Shown here piece after piece: positions 35,161-42,212 of a stretch of 42,212 nt of DNA; the stretch's first letter is position 1, and each line of letters begins with the position of its first letter. A program made the translations under genes and the position numbers. A model generated the notes under the pieces. That model worked only from the letters and a program-made list of their open reading frames with translations, was not told the origin of the DNA and ran no database searches. Origin of the DNA: a virus; the IMG/VR virus record IMGVR_UViG_3300029258_004576. One strand, 5' to 3'.

Positions 35161-36411
35161 TTAATTAGCATCCACATGATCATCTAGAACTACCCCTGCT
35201 GCCTGCCTCAGCTCGACAGCCCGCTCCGAATTGCCCTCACCATCCATTTCATTCGCAAACAACGCAATCGCATTAGAAGCCCGCCAGGCCGTGTTGCCAG
35301 GGGGCATCAATTCCACATCCGCCGACTTGTACAAATCCTTGACCCTGTTCGCCTCGCCCTTCAGTAGCTGCCCACCTGTCCGCAATGTATTAATCAGCTT
35401 ATCCGCATCCACCTCCTGCTCTGCTGCCTTCCGAATCCGTCCCGTATAGGCATTAACCGTGCTCTCAGAAAGCAAATTATCCACAATGTCCCTCGTGACC
35501 AGGCTCATGGCCTTAGTGTCCGCCTCATATGTGTCTTCCGCAAACTCCGTCGAAAAATGTATACCATCAACCAGCTCATTTTTCTGGCTTAGTCTACTGC
35601 CAAGATGCATCTTGCGTAAAGCATCCTGTGTGACCATCAGATTGCTACACCAGATCCTCGCCACCACCTGTCGCACCGTCAATGCCGCTCCACCAAAGTC
35701 AGAATTCTGAATAGTCACACCAATAATCATCACCTCATCACGCAACGCCTCTACAGGCCGAAAAACATGAGGGAGAAACATAGAAAACCCAACTTTTATA
35801 TCATGATGATAATTGGCCCCACCGCCCTTCACCCCCATCGAAACCGGTACCGCACCAAACTTTTGAGCAGCTTTTGCAAACTGCTCAAAAATCGGACTAC
35901 AATCCATCCTCTTGTATCTGTCAGACAAAAATCCTCGCACCTCCAACCCGTTGGTAGTAGGTACAGCCCGCATCAACACGCGTTTCCTTTCGCTCTTACT
36001 AAAAATGGTGTGCAAATTATGCAACAACAAATCCTTGCCCCAACTCTCTCCTTTTGTTGCCGCATCGATCATCTTGTTCGCAACACCAGAAGTAAGAATG
36101 TTCGTTTTCGTGACCATCTGGTTGATCGCATGACGGTGAAGCAAAAATTCATTGTTTGCTGTTTTGACATAGATACCCCGACCACGAATATCGAAATCCA
36201 GCGAATCGCTATCAACCAAAAAATCGCGAGGTCTATTCTCAGCCAATCCTACAAAAACCTTCTGAGCATCCTGTCTTCCACGATCTATCCATCCAGCCAG
36301 TTTCGCAGCCCTGTTATCAGCCATTTCGTTTTTACTGATAACACCTTCGTAATTTTGAGTCTGAGTCATTTTCAAATTCCTTCCTTCCGGCATCTTGCCA
36401 GGTTTTTCCAT
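35161..36411 (-). CDS. DUF932-like phage/plasmid protein
   Basis: VRGFLSDRY, G..IQNSDFG..AL.V, CSN.M, H.G, T.W...NA. Confidence 0.7.
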   Translation of the reverse strand: MEKPGKMPEGRNLKMTQTQNYEGVISKNEMADNRAAKLAGWIDRGRQDAQKVFVGLAENRPRDFLVDSDSLDFDIRGRGIYVKTANNEFLLHRHAINQMVTKTNILTSGVANKMIDAATKGESWGKDLLLHNLHTIFSKSERKRVLMRAVPTTNGLEVRGFLSDRYKRMDCSPIFEQFAKAAQKFGAVPVSMGVKGGGANYHHDIKVGFSMFLPHVFRPVEALRDEVMIIGVTIQNSDFGGAALTVRQVVARIWCSNLMVTQDALRKMHLGSRLSQKNELVDGIHFSTEFAEDTYEADTKAMSLVTRDIVDNLLSESTVNAYTGRIRKAAEQEVDADKLINTLRTGGQLLKGEANRVKDLYKSADVELMPPGNTAWRASNAIALFANEMDGEGNSERAVELRQAAGVVLDDHVDAN

Positions 36412-36428
36412 GCGGATGAAAATATCCG

Positions 36429-37016
36429 CTATCTGTCAGTTTTGTCAACCCCCCATAATCCCGTGGGCAAATCCTCCTCCTCTAATCCATAGTAGGCCAG
36501 GTACGCTGTATTAGCAGCCATACCAGCAGATTCCTCTGATCTTCCAACCGCTTTCAACGATTTACCGTGATACAAAGCAGCTACATACACCCCTGTCACA
36601 CCTCTCCTCACATGCACAGACACGCGCACACCACTCCGGTCTCGGATCCTCCCATCCTGTGAGACATAATCAAAGAAAGTCAGCGCTACATTGTTCCGGC
36701 AATACCCCTTATACACAACGGCCTTCGCAATCCTAAGCTCTACCCATTCAATGCTGGTAGAAAAATCCCCAAGCCGCTCTGCCATTGTTGCCAAAGCCTC
36801 TGCCTCTGACACACGAGCCTCCTGAGCGGCCCTCAGCCGCCTCCTGAGCTGTGTTTCCAGATCACGCGAGTTACCAAGCCCGTGAACAACAGCGGCCTCT
36901 GCAATCCGTCTGAGAGCACTTTTTTTGCGATCATCAACTTCTTTGATGATCTTCCACTGCTTCTCAGATCGCGAAGGTTGCACATCAGAAAGTATTTCAT
37001 CCACACTCTTAGCCAT
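36429..37016 (-). CDS. Hypothetical protein
   Basis: 195-aa ORF with GGAGG RBS; first gene after the large intergenic region. Confidence 0.7.
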   Translation of the reverse strand: MAKSVDEILSDVQPSRSEKQWKIIKEVDDRKKSALRRIAEAAVVHGLGNSRDLETQLRRRLRAAQEARVSEAEALATMAERLGDFSTSIEWVELRIAKAVVYKGYCRNNVALTFFDYVSQDGRIRDRSGVRVSVHVRRGVTGVYVAALYHGKSLKAVGRSEESAGMAANTAYLAYYGLEEEDLPTGLWGVDKTDR

Positions 37017-37398
37017 ATCTCATCCTCCTGCTGACCATTAATCTGATAGGTTGTTTCATCGATTCTCCTCCCTCCCGCTACTAGCGAGGCAACTAAACCA
37101 GTGTTAAGTGTATCACATTTCTGAGAAAAAACACACAAAAATGAACTTTAGTTCATCACACACTCGCCTTACCAAAATTCGTCTTTCTTTTTCTTTTTTT
37201 CTAGCCAAGGGGGAATCTTGTTTGTTTTTTAACTTTTATCTTTGTCTTTTCGATATTTGTTTTTTTAATATTTGTCTTTGTATTTGTCAAATTTGTTTTT
37301 CAATTTGTTTTTCATTCGGGCGCAACACTTTAAACATTTTTTCAAATTGTTCTTAGAGTTAGATCCGGAACCAGATCGACATTGACTAACGTCAATGT

Positions 37399-37610
37399 CT
37401 CGCGACGTCTAATCGACGTCGTTTTTTGTTTTTTGTATATTAAAATTCTATTCGATATTTAAAATACGTGTACGTAACGTAAAATGCAAAAACAATTTTT
37501 GAAATTTGATATTCAAAAAGTCAATTTGTTTTACACAAAAATAAAAAAGAAATTGAAAGAAGTATTAGTATACACAAAAACAAAAAACGACGTCGGTTAG
37601 ACGTCGCGAG
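37399..37610. repeat. ~45-bp inverted repeat flanking an AT-rich ~120-bp spacer
   Basis: ctcgcgacgtctaatcgacgtcgttttttgttttt at 37399 and its near-perfect reverse complement ending at 37610. Confidence 0.9.
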
Positions 37611-37792
37611 TGCGAAGCACGATCCGAAACAGTCTTATAATTTAAATACAACATGACTACCTTAGTGGATCTTCTTATGTGTGCACCCTGATGCACCCCC
37701 AATTTGCACAGAAATAACAAAAAAAACCTGCAAATCTACAACAATCCGCCAACTAAACAATGTAATAATTAATAATACTTACAGCAAACCCA

Positions 37793-37911
37793 TGATCCCA
37801 CATGCAGTACTTTTGGTTTAATTTTACACCTGTGATCCCACATGCAGTACTTTTGGTTCAATTTTACACCTGTGATCCCACATGCAGTACTTTTGGTTCA
37901 ATTTTACACCT
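37793..37911. repeat. Three tandem 40-bp direct repeats (iteron-like)
   Basis: tgatcccacatgcagtacttttggtt(t/c)aattttacacctg at 37793, 37833 and 37873; no spacers. Confidence 0.95.
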
Positions 37912-37945
37912 ACAAAATCGACTAGTTGATCTCAATCAGATTTGA

Positions 37946-38605
37946 TTATTTGGACAGAATTCCACAGACGTGATCCCAGCAATCCTTCTCTACTTTATCC
38001 ATACCCTGGTTGCCATCTACTCTCACACGTTTACATTCAGCAAAAACCCCACTCTTTACCCAGTATTCATACAACTCGGCAACCTTCTCCTGGTAGTCTT
38101 CCTTCTCGAACAACTCTTCCTCGGTTCCACGCTCACGACGTCGCTTGACCATGGTTGACAACTCAGTACTCAAATACAGCACCATATCTGGCGATAAAAG
38201 CATGTCCTCTGAACACATCCTATGATAAATGTCGAACATAGATTCTATCGATTCTTGCAAAGTATTTTTAACACTTTGATAAACCAACGTTGACGGATAA
38301 TACCTGTCACAGACAACGAACATTCCTTCTTCCAAAGCTGGTCTGACAACTCTTTCTACATGACTGATTCTGTCAGCTCTGAATAACATTTCTATAGCTC
38401 TCCCGCTGACGTCTGTACATTTCTTACTCAGACATCTCCTTAGTAATTCTCCAATCGATCCATTAGTGGGTTCTCGTGTAAACAATACGTTATTGTCTCC
38501 GTATTCATTAACTAACCTATTGGTCATCCGGTATGACTGTGTCGTCGTGCCAGAACCATCTGCTCCTTCGAACACAATAAGCTTACCTTTATGTCGATTC
38601 ATCAT
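37946..38605 (-). CDS. tmk: Thymidylate (dTMP) kinase
   Basis: LIVFEGADGSG.TTQ, TREP, LF.ADR..H, CDRY..S..YQ, PD...YL. Confidence 0.92.
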   Translation of the reverse strand: MMNRHKGKLIVFEGADGSGTTTQSYRMTNRLVNEYGDNNVLFTREPTNGSIGELLRRCLSKKCTDVSGRAIEMLFRADRISHVERVVRPALEEGMFVVCDRYYPSTLVYQSVKNTLQESIESMFDIYHRMCSEDMLLSPDMVLYLSTELSTMVKRRRERGTEEELFEKEDYQEKVAELYEYWVKSGVFAECKRVRVDGNQGMDKVEKDCWDHVCGILSK

Positions 38606-38613
38606 TTCTCCTT

Positions 38614-38862
38614 TTATTGTTTTTTGAATTCACCAACCAGCAAAACTCCCCCGATTTTCACTTTTACAACTTTGTTTTCTTCAGCAGCCCTTTCCAGGAA
38701 AAACATACAACCAGACCAAAACAACACTGTGAGAAGAACAATTACGAAAAAACAAAAGTATTCTTTCCAGCTCATGACTAAGTCACATCGTTTGCTTTTG
38801 CTTGGATACCAATCAGCCCACCTTTTCTTTGCCATTCCCTCACCCGTTCCCTGGATCCCCAC
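38614..38862 (-). CDS. Small membrane protein
   Basis: One hydrophobic segment; start uncertain. Confidence 0.45.
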   Translation of the reverse strand: MGIQGTGEGMAKKRWADWYPSKSKRCDLVMSWKEYFCFFVIVLLTVLFWSGCMFFLERAAEENKVVKVKIGGVLLVGEFKKQ

Positions 38863-39047
38863 GAGTTCGCAGGTGTCTCCCAGTAGACATAAGACATAAT
38901 ATCTTTCAAATGCATCAAATTGAAATCATCCCCACGGATAAAGGTTTCCTTAAGATTGTTCTCCAATATTGCTGTTATAAAATCACCACCATCTGTACCG
39001 TCTTGAACATATTTGTCGATAATATCCTTAACCAATTTAGGAATCAT
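38778..39047 (-). CDS. Conserved-type phage hypothetical protein
   Basis: GDFITAILENNL...D..N...L......P...WGS...V..W pattern; GGAGG RBS. Confidence 0.75.
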   Translation of the reverse strand: MIPKLVKDIIDKYVQDGTDGGDFITAILENNLKETFIRGDDFNLMHLKDIMSYVYWETPANSWGSRERVREWQRKGGLIGIQAKANDVT

Positions 39048-39186
39048 ATTTGCCTCCTATTTTTCTTCAACTTTGTATTCAATCGACAAACTTTTCCTCT
39101 TGCTCTTGCAAGGAATTCACCACATAAGTCGATAACATATTTTTAACAAAAAATGAACAAAATTTCAGTTGATTCAAGAAACTACA

Positions 39187-39792
39187 CTAGCGTGTGAAAA
39201 GCAAATCTATGATGTCGTCTATCTGTTTTTGCTCTTTTTTAGAAATCTTTTTAGAAGATTTTGAATACTGATTTGTCACTTTTTTTACAGCTTGAGAGGT
39301 GATGCTCACCGTGGACTTCCCCGGCTGTTTACTCTTTACTACATTGCCCGCTTGGAAAATGACAGTAACTGGAATACTTTTGATACTCAGCTCCCTGGCA
39401 ATAGCCAGCCGATGATTACCTTCCCCAACCTTGATCCCACCTTTTTGACCAATGTTCAATATCAACGGCTCTCTCTTGTTCCAACCATACTTCTGCATAT
39501 CTTCCTTGATCGCATCCCACTTCAACTCACCACTCAACTGTACAGATTTATTTTTAACACACGCAAACCCCGGACGAGATGACACTCGTGTCCAAGTATA
39601 CTCTCGATACGGCCATACTTCCTTGGCTGGAAACAACACCGGCATACTGTCGTCATACGCTTTTTCCCAGCTATCCTGCCAGCGCTTGGCAATTTCCTTG
39701 ATCTTCATCCCTGACTTCAAAGAGTAATAATCGCCTTCAGCCAGATACTGACGTCGTCTCAAACTCATTTTTTGCTCTTGCTTTTGACCCAT
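39187..39792 (-). CDS. ParB/Srx-like domain protein
   Basis: IKEDMQKYGW..EPL...VGEGNHRLAIAREL....IPV. Confidence 0.75.
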   Translation of the reverse strand: MGQKQEQKMSLRRRQYLAEGDYYSLKSGMKIKEIAKRWQDSWEKAYDDSMPVLFPAKEVWPYREYTWTRVSSRPGFACVKNKSVQLSGELKWDAIKEDMQKYGWNKREPLILNIGQKGGIKVGEGNHRLAIARELSIKSIPVTVIFQAGNVVKSKQPGKSTVSITSQAVKKVTNQYSKSSKKISKKEQKQIDDIIDLLFTR

Positions 39793-40355
39793 TCTCTTTC
39801 CAAATCTTTAGGTAATTGAGCCTGTTGTAAGTAATCCGGCTCCTGAGCCTGTTCTTGGATTTGCTGTTGCAGCTTACCAGCCGCCTTCTCTGGCTCGTCA
39901 AGGCTCACATCTAGGGCACTGTTCGCAGGAGCGCCACCTCCCCCTCCTGAGCCTGCAAAGCCCCTCGTCGACGAAAGCGTAGATCTAGCAGCCCTGGCTC
40001 TCTCCCTACGTCGTCTTTGCTGACTAGTTTCTGACTTCAACTGTGCCGCTCGCTCTAACAACATTTGAGAAAGTAAATTGTTCTGAGCTATGTCCCGATC
40101 TTTCAAATCGTTCAACTGTATCTGAATATTATCCAAACGAGATCTCAACAACTCGTAAGCCAACACCGTCTTCTCCTCAGACTTCTGAGCCTTCTCCTGA
40201 GCGATGTCGCCAGTCTTATCCACCATGGCAATAACACCCGGCATAGCCGCTGCCATAAACGCTGCAAGAGCACCGATGATAGCTGTTACCTTACTGGCCG
40301 AAATCTTTCCAAAATTTACAGGTTCATCAAATGACATCTTTTCACTCCTTCTCAT
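39765..40355 (-). CDS. Membrane-anchored coiled-coil protein (possible lysis accessory)
   Basis: N-terminal TM (AIIGALAAFMAAAMPGVIA) then a coiled coil. Confidence 0.6.
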   Translation of the reverse strand: MRRSEKMSFDEPVNFGKISASKVTAIIGALAAFMAAAMPGVIAMVDKTGDIAQEKAQKSEEKTVLAYELLRSRLDNIQIQLNDLKDRDIAQNNLLSQMLLERAAQLKSETSQQRRRRERARAARSTLSSTRGFAGSGGGGGAPANSALDVSLDEPEKAAGKLQQQIQEQAQEPDYLQQAQLPKDLEREWVKSKSKK

Positions 40356-40836
40356 CCACTAGAGCCCAGACCTTACCAGTTGCCACGGCAAGCCCAACCC
40401 CTAGCACCAATCCCAGCATTACACTTGCCGTGATCTTGTTTCTCTCCCACCAACTATTCTGAATCTCCCACAACTGTTCTTCGCGCTGCCTTATTACCTG
40501 ATCCCCCCTGTGCAACTCTCTCTCTTGGATTTCTATCACCGATAATAAATATTTTCTATCAGATGAAGCCAGCGAATATACTTCGTCATACGCCGCTCTC
40601 AAATCCATCACAGCCATGGCTTTCTCTTCGTCCAATATCACCCCATCAAACGGAGCTACCTCATCCTTCGACAACGGAGCAGCTAGCCCCTTGCTCTCCG
40701 GATTGCTATACGACGGTAAAGCAGTCAACTCCTTGGCTTGCTCCGATATGGGCAACCGATCTGGATAAACTATTTCTGGTTTAGAATCCTTGGTACATCC
40801 GATCATCAAAAACATTGCCACCATCAAATATCGCAT
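40342..40836 (-). CDS. Lipoprotein with C-terminal TM (spanin-like topology)
   Basis: MRYLMVAMFLMIG-C lipobox, coiled coil, C-terminal VMLGLVLGVGLAVA. Confidence 0.65.
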   Translation of the reverse strand: MRYLMVAMFLMIGCTKDSKPEIVYPDRLPISEQAKELTALPSYSNPESKGLAAPLSKDEVAPFDGVILDEEKAMAVMDLRAAYDEVYSLASSDRKYLLSVIEIQERELHRGDQVIRQREEQLWEIQNSWWERNKITASVMLGLVLGVGLAVATGKVWALVDEKE

Positions 40837-40844
40837 CTCACCTC

Positions 40845-41231
40845 CTACGTCAGCGTAACCGGCTGACGAACACTGAACCTTGAAGGAGCTACTGCTTGGA
40901 GTTTACGAGGTACTGTCGTCTCAACAACAACATCGTACCAGTAATCACCAGCATCAAAACTCTCCGTATCCGCTGGTAAAATGTAAATCTCCAAAATACC
41001 ACCTGCCCCATCAATAACCCTAGCTTGAGAATCATCGCCTCCAGCTGCCAAATTCTTCTTCGTAATCAAAGCATCTGTATCGTCGTCATCAAGATGACTT
41101 TTTACAGAAAACCAAATAGAAGCACCTGTTATATCCAACGCAGCACTGTTTGTTGTCAGCGTTACTCGGACAGTCTTGTCCCTCTTTTTCTCAACGTCTA
41201 TATCCTGACTACATGCCGTACAATCAACCAT
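40845..41231 (-). CDS. BppU-N-like virion/baseplate Ig-fold protein
   Basis: LDITGA.I.FSVK...G...I.I...DT.....G.Y.YDV. Confidence 0.65.
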   Translation of the reverse strand: MVDCTACSQDIDVEKKRDKTVRVTLTTNSAALDITGASIWFSVKSHLDDDDTDALITKKNLAAGGDDSQARVIDGAGGILEIYILPADTESFDAGDYWYDVVVETTVPRKLQAVAPSRFSVRQPVTLT

Positions 41232-41232
41232 A

Positions 41233-41487
41233 TCAACACTCCTCTACTGTACCATTGATGTCCGTGTCTATTTCAACATCATCAGAAACAGTATCTTCCA
41301 CCTCAACCGTGGCAGAAATTAATGGGCTCTCCTCCACCTCGGACACCACTGACACGGATTCCTCCATGTCGACTGTCACCTCCAAAGGATCTACAATGCT
41401 TGCCGTGATGTCTACAAACTGCTCTCGTATGATTATGGTACCACCTGCTGGCCATAATCGACCTTTTGTCGCCAACGCAATGGACAT
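41233..41487 (-). CDS. Acidic hypothetical (probable virion) protein
   Basis: Start MSIALATKG after a GGAG RBS; V/E/D/S-rich beta pattern. Confidence 0.6.
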   Translation of the reverse strand: MSIALATKGRLWPAGGTIIIREQFVDITASIVDPLEVTVDMEESVSVVSEVEESPLISATVEVEDTVSDDVEIDTDINGTVEEC

Positions 41488-41489
41488 AT

Positions 41490-42020
41490 TTACTCCCGCG
41501 TTTGCTTGTACACACCAAACTGATTCAAACCTTCCCAAGTCGTCGTCAGCTGATAAGTCGCAATCAAACCTGTCGTCTCGCTGCCACCATCGGTTGCTGC
41601 ATCACAATTCACCTTAGAATCAAACAACCGGACACGAGCTGAGACAAGTTGCAAATCTGCATCGTAACTAGTGTTGTCGATAAATATGTTCTCATGACTG
41701 AGCCCCAACAGCCGATTAAGTTTCTCTACCATTCCCTGAGTATCAGATGTCGAAGCAACATACTCGTTGCCCCATGTTTCCTTGTTGTAATCAGCCAATA
41801 CTTGCACATTCCAAACACCAACGTCATCCGGCGTGAAAGATACCTCGTAAACACCCGATGTACCTATCTCTGTAACAGTGACAGAAACAGCCGAAGCCAC
41901 GGCGTCTTTCCATAATCTCGTAGTAAAAGTTGTCTCGCCACTTTTCAAGGAATATCCATCCATGTCAAACAATGGAAACAAATCTTTGATCACCGCACCT
42001 GATGTAACTACTCTGCTCAT
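41490..42020 (-). CDS. Probable virion structural protein
   Basis: VTEIG..GVY..SFTP...G.W Ig-like pattern; RLLGL.HEN motif. Confidence 0.6.
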   Translation of the reverse strand: MSRVVTSGAVIKDLFPLFDMDGYSLKSGETTFTTRLWKDAVASAVSVTVTEIGTSGVYEVSFTPDDVGVWNVQVLADYNKETWGNEYVASTSDTQGMVEKLNRLLGLSHENIFIDNTSYDADLQLVSARVRLFDSKVNCDAATDGGSETTGLIATYQLTTTWEGLNQFGVYKQTRE

Positions 42021-42032
42021 TTGGCTCCCCTG

Positions 42033-42212
42033 TTAAATATCAGATTTCCCGTTTAGCCGAGACAGAAAATCTTTCTTCACCTTGCCAAAACGATTATCCA
42101 ACCTCTTTATCTCATCCTTGATGTATTCCACCAAAAGTTCTCTCTCCTCCTCGTCTACCTCATCCAATTTTACTATAACAGCTTCCATCGACTCTACCCA
42201 CATATCAACTTC
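42033..42212 (-). CDS. Partial CDS (5' truncated by window edge)
   Basis: Open frame EVDMWVESMEAV...NGKSDI* ending at TAA 42033. Confidence 0.6.
   Translation of the reverse strand, partial: EVDMWVESMEAVIVKLDEVDEEERELLVEYIKDEIKRLDNRFGKVKKDFLSRLNGKSDI

Noticed and set aside
36833-37356. ORFs 36833-37138 (-) and 37108-37356 (+)
   Set aside because: They overlap a better gene or promoter, or come from a T-rich low-complexity tract.
37793-37911. CRISPR array
   Set aside because: The 40-bp units are contiguous with no unique spacers, and no cas operon is adjacent.
1-42212. Stop-codon reassignment
   Set aside because: Conserved genes are full-length in the standard code and end in TAA, TAG and TGA.

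Overview
A 42-kb segment of a large dsDNA bacteriophage. Essentially all credible genes lie on the minus strand in tightly packed operons. In transcription order (right to left) the window holds: virion/lysis-type genes (BppU-like protein, a lipoprotein with a C-terminal TM, a ParB-like protein); thymidylate kinase; an ~800-bp AT-rich non-coding region with a 45-bp inverted repeat and 3x40-bp direct repeats (candidate origin); small early-type genes (DUF932-like, a degenerate ligase-like domain, YkgJ-type Cys cluster, transglycosylase); three tandem HTH initiator-like paralogs, DnaC-like loader, DnaB-like helicase, primase, gp32-like SSB, UvsW-like helicase, RecA, Hjc-like and RuvC-like resolvases, TSCPD domain, Cas4-like nuclease, GroES and SSB; a ParB-glycosyltransferase-ParB cluster near an adenine methylase; Gp157; a LexA-like HTH/Zn-finger regulator; DinG helicase; a phosphoesterase split by a TnpB-only IS200/IS605 element; a promoter- and terminator-bounded structured small RNA; and a repeat-rich left end starting with a 104-bp inverted repeat. 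No DNA polymerase, terminase, capsid, tRNA or CRISPR array is visible. All product calls come from motif recognition by eye, not database searches.
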